The notes under the pieces: model-generated
Databases searched by the model: none
What the model was told of the DNA's origin: nothing
Seen by the model: the letters and a program-made list of their open reading frames with translations, nothing else
Made by a program: the position numbers and the translations under genes
Shown here: one piece after another, positions 8,740 through 18,403 of the stretch
Position numbering within the stretch: the first letter of the stretch is position 1
Layout of the letters: every line of letters starts with the position of its first letter
Assembly: GCA_020072805.1 (NCBI GenBank)
Contig: JAIQGC010000001.1
Span: forward strand, 373-64,372
DNA length: 64,000 bases
Direction of reading: 5' to 3'
Source: Terriglobia bacterium
Lineage (GTDB): Bacteria; Acidobacteriota; Terriglobia; Acidiferrales; UBA7541

Positions 8740-10077
8740 ATGACCACACTCGCTCGCAAGCTTCGCCTCATCGATTATCTTGCCTTGGGCTTTGGCACCA
8801 TGGTCGGCACGGGCTGGCTAGTGGTGATGGACGACATCCTGCAGCGTGGAGGGCCGCTCGGCGCCATCCTCGGTTTCACGGCGGGCGCCCTCATGCTCCT
8901 GCCAATCGGCTACGTCTACGGCAAGCTGGTGAAGTTAATCCCCGATGCCGCCGCGGAGGTGGCCTACACGGCGCGGGTTTTTCCGCCCGGCGTGAGCTTC
9001 GTCACGGGCTGGATGATGTTTCTGGCCTACTTTCTGACTTGCCCCTTCGAAGCCCTGGCGGCCGGAAAAATCCTGGGGTATCTTTTCCCTTCGCTGAATT
9101 CCATTGAGCTGTACCGCATCGGAGGTCATCCCGTTTATTTGCCTCACCTTGTTCTCGGGCTGGCCATTGCGGTCTTTTTCACCTGGTTGAATTACCGGGG
9201 GATTCAGGCCAGCACCCGCTTCCTCAAGTTCACCACTTTCACCTTTCTGGCCCTGGTCATCGGCTTTGCCCTGGCCGGCGGGAAACACGGTTCCGTGGCC
9301 AATCTGTATCCGGCTTTTTCTCACTCTCCGCTGATTTCCATTCTGCTCGTGTGGCAGGTGGTTCCCTGGCTGATGTCCGGATTCGAATCCGTGGGCAAAA
9401 GCGCGGAAGAGGCCAGCCCGGAATTCAAGAGCGGCAATTTTTCCGTGGCCATCCTCATGACCATCTTCGCGGGGCTTACCTTCTTCTGCCTGGTGATCGG
9501 CGCCGTGTCATACGTCGCTCCCTGGCAAAGCCTGAATGGCAGCTTGCAGTTTCCCATTGCTGTCGCCTTCGAAAATGCTTTTCACGCCCACTGGATCGTG
9601 AATTTCATTCTGGGCACGGCCCTGGTGGCTCTGCTGCAAGCGTTCAACGCCAACATGGTTGCTTCGTCGCGCCTGCTCTTCGCCATGGGCCGCCGCAATC
9701 TCCTGATTCCTTCCATGGGCAATGTTCATGTGCTGAACCAGACTCCGGTCCTGGCCATCTTCGGAGTCGGGGGCGCCACGGCCGTGGCCATCTTCTTCGG
9801 TGAAGCCGGTCTCGTGCCTATTCTGGAAGTGGGTGCGGTGGCCTGCGCGGTGGGATGGATGTCCGCCTGCGTATCCTATTTTATGATGAAACCCAGCCTG
9901 ATGGACCGCGCCGCCGCGCTGTTTGGATTTCTGGTGACCTCGGCGATGATCCTGGTCAAGGTCCTGCCCCTCGTTCCCGGCCATTTTACGCGCTATGAGT
10001 GGATCGCCCTGGGCATCTGGGCCGTGATCGGATTTCTCGTTCGACTGCCGGCCCGGCCAGGAACGCTCCGCCCCTAG
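8740..10077 (+). CDS. APC-family amino acid/polyamine permease
   Basis: About 12 hydrophobic segments, GTMVGTGW in TM1 and GFESVGKSAEE in TM6. Confidence 0.88.
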   Translation: MTTLARKLRLIDYLALGFGTMVGTGWLVVMDDILQRGGPLGAILGFTAGALMLLPIGYVYGKLVKLIPDAAAEVAYTARVFPPGVSFVTGWMMFLAYFLTCPFEALAAGKILGYLFPSLNSIELYRIGGHPVYLPHLVLGLAIAVFFTWLNYRGIQASTRFLKFTTFTFLALVIGFALAGGKHGSVANLYPAFSHSPLISILLVWQVVPWLMSGFESVGKSAEEASPEFKSGNFSVAILMTIFAGLTFFCLVIGAVSYVAPWQSLNGSLQFPIAVAFENAFHAHWIVNFILGTALVALLQAFNANMVASSRLLFAMGRRNLLIPSMGNVHVLNQTPVLAIFGVGGATAVAIFFGEAGLVPILEVGAVACAVGWMSACVSYFMMKPSLMDRAAALFGFLVTSAMILVKVLPLVPGHFTRYEWIALGIWAVIGFLVRLPARPGTLRP

Positions 10078-11054
10078 TCCCCGCTCATCTCCACGGCAGC
10101 CGGCAGACCCTGGCTGGCCCGCGAGCGAAAGACGCGCGGGCAGACGCCAAAGCGCTGCTTGAATACGCGGCTAAAATGGGCGGAATCATTAAAACCCCAG
10201 AAAAACGCGATCTCCGTGATGCTTTTCGCGCGCAGCCGCGGATCCGCGAGATCGCTCCGGCAATGCCGCAGGCGCTGCGTTCGAATCCACTCGGCCAGCG
10301 TGGACCCGTGCACCGAAAAAAGGCGGTGCACATGCCGCACGGAAAGATTCAGCGCCGCGGCAATTTCCGCCGGCCTCAGGGTCGTTTCCGTCAAGTGGGC
10401 ATCAATGTATTTCAATATCAGCGAAGCGGGCTCGCTCCCGCGATTCGTGCCCGCCGCCGGCCTCCCCGGCGTTCCCACGCATGCCGCCAGGATGCGCAAA
10501 TAGGCTTCGATGGCGGCCGCGCCTTCTTCCCAGGTCAGCTCCTCCGCCTGCCGGTATAGCGAGGTGGAAAGATGGAACAGAAAAGTGCCCAGTCCGGACT
10601 CCCCCGGGATTCTTCGGGCCACCGGCAGCTCGCCGAGGCGCACCCGGCTTTGCATCAGCGATCGCGGCACGCGCAGGTAAAGCCGCGCGCAATCGCCGGG
10701 ACAATCCGAAGACCAGGGCCGCCCGGAGTCGATCAGAGTGACATCGCCCTTCTTCAGCACCGCCGCCTTTCCATCCTGGCAATATCTGCGCAGCCCGGCC
10801 AGCTGCGTGATGACAATCCACGCCCTGCTCTCCGCATTCAAACTGAACGAGGGAAACTTATTGAAGGAAACCGCGCTCGAGGAAAAAAGCGTCATTTCCA
10901 AATCGGCCACTTTTCGGCGCTCGATCGAGCCGTGAAAAGGAAAGCGCTTTGGAAACTGAAAATTGCAATCGCCGCAAATCTGCTTGGCGTTGGACAGCCA
11001 GGCTTCCTGGCGGTCCGGCGCGGGAATCAGATCCGTTGTGAATGAGTGTGACAT
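10074..11054 (-). CDS. AraC-family transcriptional regulator (FeaR-like N-terminal domain)
   Basis: C-terminal double HTH (IAAALNLSVRHVHRLF; ITEIAFFWGFNDSAHFSRVFKQRFG). The start could alternatively be 11069. Confidence 0.9.
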   Translation of the reverse strand: MSHSFTTDLIPAPDRQEAWLSNAKQICGDCNFQFPKRFPFHGSIERRKVADLEMTLFSSSAVSFNKFPSFSLNAESRAWIVITQLAGLRRYCQDGKAAVLKKGDVTLIDSGRPWSSDCPGDCARLYLRVPRSLMQSRVRLGELPVARRIPGESGLGTFLFHLSTSLYRQAEELTWEEGAAAIEAYLRILAACVGTPGRPAAGTNRGSEPASLILKYIDAHLTETTLRPAEIAAALNLSVRHVHRLFSVHGSTLAEWIRTQRLRHCRSDLADPRLRAKSITEIAFFWGFNDSAHFSRVFKQRFGVCPRVFRSRASQGLPAAVEMSGD

Positions 11055-11355
11055 TTTTCCCTGGTGCAACTTGTACTCGCCGGCTGATCTGGCTCTGTGT
11101 GGTTCAGCGTATACTTGCCATTTCTTATCTTGTTTTCTTCAATATCCACCCTAGAGAATTCGATATTGGCCGTCAGGCTAACACGCCTTTGGAATTTCTA
11201 ACAAGGGTTTTTGTGCGGTTTCTCTTTGTCGCGGTAGTACCGGACGGACGCAGCATGCTTTATTGGAAACCGCAGTCCGATCAGCAGCCCGAATACGGGA
11301 AGAAGTTACACAGCTATCCGGCGCTGATTCAATGCAATGGATTGTTTTAAAGCGG

Positions 11356-11400
11356 TGGTTTGGGACCAGGAGGCCGAAGGTCCAAATTCTATCGCCCCAA
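11356..11400 (+). repeat. Degenerate 3' half of tRNA-Pro (attR-like scar 2)
   Basis: TGGTTTGGGACCAGGAGGCCGAAGGTCCAAATTCTATCGCCCCAA matches tRNA 1576-1620 at 38/45 nt. Confidence 0.85.
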
Positions 11401-11547
11401 TCCGCTTTTCCCATTAAGTAAGGTAAACTTTCTGAGGGAAACCGATGCAGGCGTTCGAGCGGACCATCGGCCCCCGGGCCGATAAAGGCAAAAACGTGCG
11501 GACAGAGAAGCGCGGCGGTCCCGGCAGCTATTCGGGGGAAGGCCATC

Positions 11548-12567
11548 ATGAAGAATGATCTCGTTGTGGTGACGGGAGCCGGCGGATTCATTGGGGGAAG
11601 CCTGGTGGCGGAGATGCGCGCGAAGGGTTTTCAGCGCATCCGGGCGATTGACATCAAGCCGTTCGACGACTGGTATCAGCGTTTCGAAAATGTCGAAAAT
11701 CTCTCTCTCGACCTGAACCTGAAGGAAAACTGCGAGGTGGCGGCCCGCGGTGCCGGGGAGATTTACAATCTGGCGGCGAACATGGGCGGGATGGGTTTCA
11801 TCGAGCAGAACAAGGCGCTGTGCATGCTCTCCGTGCTGATCAATACGCAAATGCTGCAGGCCAGCGTGAAGCACGGAGTGCGACGGTATTTCTACTCGTC
11901 CTCGGCGTGCGTCTATAACGCGGAGAAGCAGAAAACTTACGAAGCACCCTCGTTGAAGGAAGAGGACGCCTATCCGGCGATGGCCGAGGACGGCTATGGA
12001 TGGGAAAAACTGTTTTCCGAGCGCATGTGCCGGCACTTTCGGGAGGATTTCGGCCTGGAGACGCGCGTGGCGCGATTTCACAACGTATACGGGCCGTGGG
12101 GAACCTGGTACGGAGGGCGGGAGAAGGCGCCCGCGGCGATCTGCCGGAAGGTGATTGAAGCGAAGGTGAGCGGGAAGCACGAGATCGAAATTTGGGGGCC
12201 GGGGAACCAGACGCGCAGCTTCATGTTTATCGACGATTGCCTGAAGGGCATTGATTTGATCATGCGTTCGGAAATTCTGGAGCCCATCAATCTGGGTTCG
12301 AGCGAAGCCGTGACGGTGAATCAACTGGTGGATATTGTGGAAGAGATCGCCGGAATCAAGCTGAAGCGCAACTATGACCTCAGCGCGCCCAAAGGGGTGA
12401 ACGGACGGAACAGCGACAACACCCTGATCCGCAAAAATCTGAATTGGGAGCCGGATACCTCGCTGCGCGCGGGCATGGAGAAAACCTACCGCTGGATCTA
12501 TGACCAGTATCTGGCGCGCGAAAGAGGCGAGGCGGGCGTGGTGCGGGAGAGCAACGCCGGGCGGTAG
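11548..12567 (+). CDS. NAD-dependent epimerase, GDP-mannose 3',5'-epimerase-like
   Basis: GAGGFIG, AANMGGMGFI, SSACVY, DGYGWEKL (YxxxK) and GGREKAPAAICRKV. Confidence 0.88.
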   Translation: MKNDLVVVTGAGGFIGGSLVAEMRAKGFQRIRAIDIKPFDDWYQRFENVENLSLDLNLKENCEVAARGAGEIYNLAANMGGMGFIEQNKALCMLSVLINTQMLQASVKHGVRRYFYSSSACVYNAEKQKTYEAPSLKEEDAYPAMAEDGYGWEKLFSERMCRHFREDFGLETRVARFHNVYGPWGTWYGGREKAPAAICRKVIEAKVSGKHEIEIWGPGNQTRSFMFIDDCLKGIDLIMRSEILEPINLGSSEAVTVNQLVDIVEEIAGIKLKRNYDLSAPKGVNGRNSDNTLIRKNLNWEPDTSLRAGMEKTYRWIYDQYLARERGEAGVVRESNAGR

Positions 12568-12626
12568 GGAGAAACAGGCGATGCCCTAGCGGCGGCGTCT
12601 TGTTTCTTATCGGAGCAGCCGCGTGG

Positions 12627-15311
12627 TCAGCTTGCGGAACCATCCAGAAGTTCCCGGATTTTCCCTGCGAGCGCGCTCATCGCATACGGTTTTTGCAGGA
12701 AGGCCTGGCTGGTTTTCAGTCTTTCGACGGAGCCGGTGGATTCGCTGCCGTAGCCGGATACGTAGAGCACCTTCATTTCCTGGCGCGCGCGCGTCAGAAT
12801 GTGCGCCAGCGCCGGTCCGTTCATCTGCGGCATCACCACGTCGGTAATCAGCAAGGGGATGGCCCCGCGATGCTCGGCGGCGATTTGGATGGCTGCGGGA
12901 GCGCTCCCCACATCCAGCACGGTATATCCCTGGCGAACCAGAAACTCGCGCGTGAGCAGCCGCAGCGGTTCGGAATCCTCCACCAGCAGGATCGTTTCGC
13001 TTCCGCGCGGCGTCCGCGGCGATGCCGCCGCGGGCGTTTTCGCCTTCCGCGTGTCGTCAATTCTCGGCAAATAAATATGAAAAGCAGTGCCGCGGCTCAG
13101 TTCGCTTTCCACCGCGATGAAACCGCCGCTCTGGCTGACAATTCCTTCCACCGTGGCCAGCCCCAGCCCGGTGCCTTTGCCCACATCCTTCGTCGTGTAA
13201 AACGGCTCGAAAATGCGCGACTGGGTCGCCGCGTCCATCCCGGAACCCGTGTCCAGCACTTCCAGAAGCACATAGGGCCCCGGCTTCATTCCCGTGCAGG
13301 GAGGCGGCGGATGCGCGGCGAAATCCACGTTGCTCGTGGCAATGGTCAGCCGTCCGCCCTGGGGCATGGCGTCGCGGGCGTTCACGGCGAGATTGAGGAG
13401 GACCATCTCGATCTGTCCCGGGTCGGCCTTGATCTGCCCCAGCGAGGAATCCAGCAGTGCTGAAAGCTCGATGTGCGCCCCAAGAAGCCGCGGCAGCATC
13501 TTTTGCGTGTCTTCAATGACGTCATTCAAGTTCAAAATCCGCGGCTGCAGGACCTGTTGCCGGCTGAAGGCCAGCAACTGGTGCGTAAGCTCGGCGGCGC
13601 GATTGCCCGCTTTCGAAATCACCTCGATCTGCCGGCGCAGCGGATCCTCGGCGCTCATCTGCGCGGTTATCAATTCGCAATGGCCGATCATGACCGCCAG
13701 GAGATTATTGAAATCGTGGGCCACGCCTCCCGCCAGCCGTCCGATGGCCTCCATTTTTTGCGCCTGGCGCAGTTGCTGCTCCAATTTCCTCGCCTCGGTC
13801 ACATTCTCGACGATGACTTCGGCGCGCTGCGCTTCTCCTTTTTCATCCTCCACCACCCGCCCGCTCAGGCGCACGGCAATGGACGTGCCATCCCGGCGCT
13901 TCCATTCCACTTCCACGCCTTGCAATACCTTTGTCTCTTTAATCTGCGCGATAATCCGCTGGCGGTCTTCCACCCGGCGATATACATCCGTCCCCGGGTC
14001 CAGGGCCAGAAGCTCCTCTTTCGAGCTGTAGCCCAGCATGGCCACCAGCGCCGGATTGACGTCGACGAATCGTCCCGCCAGTTCGGAAACGAAAATTCCA
14101 TAGACCGCATTTTCAATGAGCTCACGATGCTGCGATTCGCTGGCGAGCAATGCGGCTTCCACCCGCTTGCGTTCAGTGATGTCCTGCTGGGTGCCTTCAT
14201 AGCAGATCACCTTGCCGGCGGCATCGCGCACCACCCGGGAATTCTCCAGAATCCACCCGTGGCTGCCGTCTTTGCGCTTGAACTGAATCTGAAAATTCCG
14301 GGCGATGCCCTCTTCGTGCAGCAGGCGCTGCAGTTCCTTCCGCCGCGCGGGCTCCACATACACCTGATTCGCGATATCCGTCCACGCGGTCATCAGCTCC
14401 GCGGGCGAATCAAAGCCATACATGCGGGCCAGGGCCTGATTCGCGCTGAGGTAGCGCCCCTCCGGCGTGGTCTGGAAAATTCCCACCACCGCGTTGTCGA
14501 AAATCTCCCGGTATTTCTCCTCCGCTTCGCGCAAGGCGCTTAAGGTGCCCTTTTCCCGGGTGACGTCCCGGGCCACCACCAGCACCGCCGGGCGTCCGGC
14601 AATCTCGATCGCATGAGAAGTGATATCCACGTCGATGATCCGCCCGCTCTTGAGCCGGTGCCGCCATTCTCCCGCATGGCGGTAGTTTTCGCGCGGGGAA
14701 TCGATGTATTTCCGCAGCCGGGGCAAATCTTCCGCCGGACGGATATCCGCGATGCGCATGGCCAGAAATTCTTCTTCCGTGTAGCCGTATTGCGAGATGG
14801 CCGCTTCGTTCACTTCCAGAAAGCGCAGCGTCTCCACGTCATAGAGCCACATGGGCAGGGGATTGCCGGCAAAGAGCGAATGGAAGCTGGATTCGCGGTC
14901 GCGCAGCACTTGCTCCGCCTGCTTTCTCTCGATGGCGAATTGCAAAGCGCGCGCCAGGTCCGCTCCGTTCAGCGTTTCCCGGCCCAGATATTCCTGGACT
15001 CCGGCCCGCAGCGAGGCCCGCGCCAGCTCTTCCTTGCCCTGCGGCATCAGCGCCACGATGGGCACATCTTTTCCTTGCGCCCGCAGTTGCGCGATCATTT
15101 CGATTCCGGGATTGCACGGGCAGGAGAGGTCCAGCAGCAATACGTCAATGGTTCCTTGCTTGAGCCGTTCGAGGATGACCGGCAGCTCCGCGGATTGCTC
15201 GATGGCGTAGCGCCAGCCGTCATTTTCCAGCAGCATCCGGCGAAGCTCTTGCGCGCAGGCCTGGTCGGCCGACGCAAAAAGCATTCGAATTTCGGATGAC
15301 TCGCGGTTCAT
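12627..15311 (-). CDS. Hybrid sensor histidine kinase (REC-PAS x3-HisKA-HATPase-REC, CckA-like)
   Basis: H-box GGVAHDFNNLL, N-box NLAVNARDAM, G-boxes DTGSGM and GTGLGL, and receiver domains at both ends. Confidence 0.93.
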   Translation of the reverse strand: MNRESSEIRMLFASADQACAQELRRMLLENDGWRYAIEQSAELPVILERLKQGTIDVLLLDLSCPCNPGIEMIAQLRAQGKDVPIVALMPQGKEELARASLRAGVQEYLGRETLNGADLARALQFAIERKQAEQVLRDRESSFHSLFAGNPLPMWLYDVETLRFLEVNEAAISQYGYTEEEFLAMRIADIRPAEDLPRLRKYIDSPRENYRHAGEWRHRLKSGRIIDVDITSHAIEIAGRPAVLVVARDVTREKGTLSALREAEEKYREIFDNAVVGIFQTTPEGRYLSANQALARMYGFDSPAELMTAWTDIANQVYVEPARRKELQRLLHEEGIARNFQIQFKRKDGSHGWILENSRVVRDAAGKVICYEGTQQDITERKRVEAALLASESQHRELIENAVYGIFVSELAGRFVDVNPALVAMLGYSSKEELLALDPGTDVYRRVEDRQRIIAQIKETKVLQGVEVEWKRRDGTSIAVRLSGRVVEDEKGEAQRAEVIVENVTEARKLEQQLRQAQKMEAIGRLAGGVAHDFNNLLAVMIGHCELITAQMSAEDPLRRQIEVISKAGNRAAELTHQLLAFSRQQVLQPRILNLNDVIEDTQKMLPRLLGAHIELSALLDSSLGQIKADPGQIEMVLLNLAVNARDAMPQGGRLTIATSNVDFAAHPPPPCTGMKPGPYVLLEVLDTGSGMDAATQSRIFEPFYTTKDVGKGTGLGLATVEGIVSQSGGFIAVESELSRGTAFHIYLPRIDDTRKAKTPAAASPRTPRGSETILLVEDSEPLRLLTREFLVRQGYTVLDVGSAPAAIQIAAEHRGAIPLLITDVVMPQMNGPALAHILTRARQEMKVLYVSGYGSESTGSVERLKTSQAFLQKPYAMSALAGKIRELLDGSAS

Positions 15312-15634
15312 GCTCGTTCCAATATTTTCCAGGGCAGACTTTTTCTAACCGGCTTGCTGTGAGAAGGGAACCTGCCCGGCAGCGCATCCGGCGTCAATCG
15401 GCCTGCAAATGCCCGAAATTCGAGTATAGACGCAGGCTGGCGGGAAGCCTAGAAGATGTATGCTCAATGGCGCATCTCTTGGCGCAACGGGCACTCTGCA
15501 CAGGAATATCGCAGCGTAAATTCCACAATGAAGGGATTACTGGCAGGGAGCATCCTTTGCCTCATCGCTCACCTACTTATGAACCACAAATTTCCGGGAC
15601 AGCCGGACGAACTCGGGCGGAGAAGGAAAGGCGC

Positions 15635-16558
15635 TCAGAACAGATTGCGCAGAAGAAACCAGACGTTGGCGGGGCGCTCGGCCAGGCGCCGTAGAAACCA
15701 GGCATACCAGTAACGGCCGTAGGCCACCAGAACGATCGAGCGGTAACCGTTCCCCGCCAGGCGCATTTGCTCGCCGCGTTGAATACCGTACAGCATGTGA
15801 ATCTCAAAATCGTCCTTGCGCACTCCTTCGCTCTCGGCAAACCCGCTGATGCGCCGGATCAGCGCCACGTCATGCGTTCCCAGGGCCACCCGGCCCATTT
15901 CTCCGCGCTTCCGCGCGCGCAGCACCGTCTGCGTCAGGGAGAAAAAACTTTCGTCCACATCGCGCTTGCGCGGAAAGGCGATTTCCGGCGGTTCCTTGTA
16001 CGCCCCCTTGACCAGGCGCACGGCGGGGCGCAGGGGCAGCAGCTTTTCCAGGTCGTCTTTCGTGCGATGGAGATAGGCTTGCAAGCAGATTCCGGCACGG
16101 GGGAAGACAGCCAGCGCGCGGCGGTAAAGTTCCAGCGTCACGTCCACATAATTGCTGGCTTCCATGTCAATCCACACGGTGGATTTCTTGTCTTCGCGTT
16201 CCAGGATGGACTTGAGGTTTTCGAAACAAAAATCCGGGGAAATATCCAGCCCCAGTTGCGTCAGCTTTACCGATACTTCCGTTCCCAGTCCCTGCGCGTG
16301 ATTGCGCTCCATCACCCCCAGGTAGTGTTCGGCGACCTGCACGGCTTCGGCTCGCTCGGCCACATTTTCGCCGAGGTGCGTAAAGACCGCTCCGATATTC
16401 TTCTCTTTGAGATTCCGCGCCGCGGCCAGCGCGTCTTCCAGCGTTTCGCCGGGCATGAAGCGCGCAACGCTGCGCCGCACAAAGCGGTAACGCGAGGCGC
16501 GTTCCCGTAACCATTGATTCTGGGAAGCTGCCAGCAGTAGGGATCGCATCAGGCTCAT
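15635..16558 (-). CDS. Monofunctional proline dehydrogenase
   Basis: SVKLTQLG, WIDME, GICLQAYL, VRLVKGAY, ALGTHD, MLYGI and VAYGRYWYAWFLRRLAERPAN. Confidence 0.93.
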   Translation of the reverse strand: MSLMRSLLLAASQNQWLRERASRYRFVRRSVARFMPGETLEDALAAARNLKEKNIGAVFTHLGENVAERAEAVQVAEHYLGVMERNHAQGLGTEVSVKLTQLGLDISPDFCFENLKSILEREDKKSTVWIDMEASNYVDVTLELYRRALAVFPRAGICLQAYLHRTKDDLEKLLPLRPAVRLVKGAYKEPPEIAFPRKRDVDESFFSLTQTVLRARKRGEMGRVALGTHDVALIRRISGFAESEGVRKDDFEIHMLYGIQRGEQMRLAGNGYRSIVLVAYGRYWYAWFLRRLAERPANVWFLLRNLF

Positions 16559-16684
16559 GGAGTCTTATTCGCGGATTGCGAAGCGCTGAGTCCTTTCTAC
16601 CGTTAGCGAACCTATTCTAAACCGGATTCCCGCTGCATATTCAACGGATTTCCTGAACGATAAATTGAAATTTGGAGTAAGCGG

Positions 16685-18403
16685 TTATTTCACCTCATAT
16701 GCCCGCGTGGAGGTGATTCCTCTTCCTTCCGTAACCGTCACCGTCTGCCCCGCGGCCACCTTTGCCAGCCGCTCCGTCTGCCCGCTGGGCCAGCGGATTT
16801 CGATCTCGTCCGCTTGCCTGTGCGCGCCCAGCCCGAAGGTAAGCACGAGTTCGCTCGAGGATAAATAGCTCGAGCCGCTGCGCAGCATCTGCGTCTGCGC
16901 GTCGCGTCCCGCCGTAACCCGCACGACCGCCCCGATGCCGTCGCGGTTCGAGCGCGTGCCCACGAGTTTCACCCGCAGGCTGGAATTCCCCCGCCCCTCG
17001 TTGCGGAAGAGCGCCGAGGCACCCCCGTTGCTGGCGATGAGCAGGTCTGGCCGCCCATCATTATTGATATCACCGTAGGCCGCTCCGCGCGCCACGCGCG
17101 GCTGATTGAACGCCCCGCCCATCGCCCGCGTCGTTTCGATGAATTTCCCGTTCCCCAGGTTGTGAAAGAGATGCGGCGGCTCGGCATAGCGCACGTTTGC
17201 CTGGACCTTCTGGATGTCCGGATCAATATGCCCGTTGGCCACGAAAATGTCCGGCCAGCCGTCCAGATCGTAGTCCCAGAAAAAGCAGGCGAAGCCCAGT
17301 GTGAGGAGCGACGCGCGGCCCACCTCCGAACTGGGCGCCACGTCCACGAAAAGTCCGTTCCCCTCGTTGTGGTACAGCGAAAGCATCTGGTTCGAAAAAT
17401 TGCTGATCAGCACGCTGGCGTGCCCGGAGCGGTCGTAATCCGCCGCGTCCGCGCCCATTCCCGCGCGGGCGATGCCGTCCTCGCTGAAAGCCACCCCGGC
17501 AATCACCCCCTTTTCGGAAAACGTCCCGTTGCCGTTGTTGCGGTACAATTTATTCGGCTGCGTATCATTCGCGAAAAGAAAATCGGGCCAGCCGTCGTTG
17601 TCGTAATCAAGAATCGCCACGCCCAGGGTCTTCGACGTGGGTTCGTACAGCCCGGCTTTCCGGGTGACATCCTCGAACGTTCCGTCGCCGCGGTTGTGCC
17701 ACAGCCTCGCCGAAGTTCCCGGATAGGATTCCGGCGTGCAGTACGATTTCGCTTTTCCGTCCAGCGTGCAGTACAAATCCTTCTCCGGCGACCACTGCAC
17801 GTAGTTGCCCACCACCAGATCCAACCGTCCGTCCTTGTCGTAATCCACCCAGGCGGCGCTGGTGCTGAGTTCCGGATCGGTTGTCAGCCCGGCTTTTTTG
17901 GTCACGTCGCTGAAGGTTCCGTTGCCGTTGTTGCGGAAAAGCCGGCTCTGCCCGTACGCGGTAATAAAAATATCGTCCCAGCCGTCGTTGTCGTAATCCC
18001 CCACGGCCACGCCCATTCCGTAGAGTTCCACGTCCAGCCCGGCCTTGTGCGTCACGTCGGTAAACGTGCCGTCGTGGTTGTTGTGATAGAGCTTCAGCGT
18101 GGAATGCTGCCGCACATGCCCGGACCAGTCCATCCCGTTGACCAGCAGAATGTCCGGCCAGCCATCGTTGTCGTAATCAATAAAAGCCACGCCCGGCCCC
18201 AGCGTTTCGGGAAGGTATTTCTTTCCGAACGCCCCGGAATTATGCACAAAACGGATTCCCGCCTCGCGGGTGACGTCGCGAAACGTGGCCGTGCCTGCCG
18301 GCGAAGCGGGCCTCTGCGCCCCGCCCGGCGCCGCAAAAAGCCCTGCCATCATCCCGGCCGCTAATCCCGCGAATAGGAAAGTTGCAAAATGGACTTTTCT
18401 CAT
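16685..18403 (-). CDS. Secreted FG-GAP/VCBS repeat protein with C-terminal ASPIC/UnbV domain (CRTAC1 family)
   Basis: Signal peptide, repeated DYDNDGxPD calcium-blade motifs, and C-terminal SNRDGIGAVV...GSSYLS...FGLG...IRWPSG. Confidence 0.92.
   Translation of the reverse strand: MRKVHFATFLFAGLAAGMMAGLFAAPGGAQRPASPAGTATFRDVTREAGIRFVHNSGAFGKKYLPETLGPGVAFIDYDNDGWPDILLVNGMDWSGHVRQHSTLKLYHNNHDGTFTDVTHKAGLDVELYGMGVAVGDYDNDGWDDIFITAYGQSRLFRNNGNGTFSDVTKKAGLTTDPELSTSAAWVDYDKDGRLDLVVGNYVQWSPEKDLYCTLDGKAKSYCTPESYPGTSARLWHNRGDGTFEDVTRKAGLYEPTSKTLGVAILDYDNDGWPDFLFANDTQPNKLYRNNGNGTFSEKGVIAGVAFSEDGIARAGMGADAADYDRSGHASVLISNFSNQMLSLYHNEGNGLFVDVAPSSEVGRASLLTLGFACFFWDYDLDGWPDIFVANGHIDPDIQKVQANVRYAEPPHLFHNLGNGKFIETTRAMGGAFNQPRVARGAAYGDINNDGRPDLLIASNGGASALFRNEGRGNSSLRVKLVGTRSNRDGIGAVVRVTAGRDAQTQMLRSGSSYLSSSELVLTFGLGAHRQADEIEIRWPSGQTERLAKVAAGQTVTVTEGRGITSTRAYEVK

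Larger units (their letters stand above)
1624..11400. mobile_element. tRNA-Pro-integrated genomic island (no integrase seen; probably immobilised)
   Basis: Bounded by the tRNA-Pro gene and a degenerate 45-nt copy of its 3' half at 11356-11400. Carries a self-contained catabolic and transport gene set. GC looks lower than the flanks by eye (not computed). Confidence 0.7.

Noticed and set aside
15312-15634. Riboswitch (e.g. c-di-GMP) upstream of the hybrid kinase
   Set aside because: Only a short AGGGCAGAC resemblance, on the wrong strand for that gene, with no supporting paired elements.
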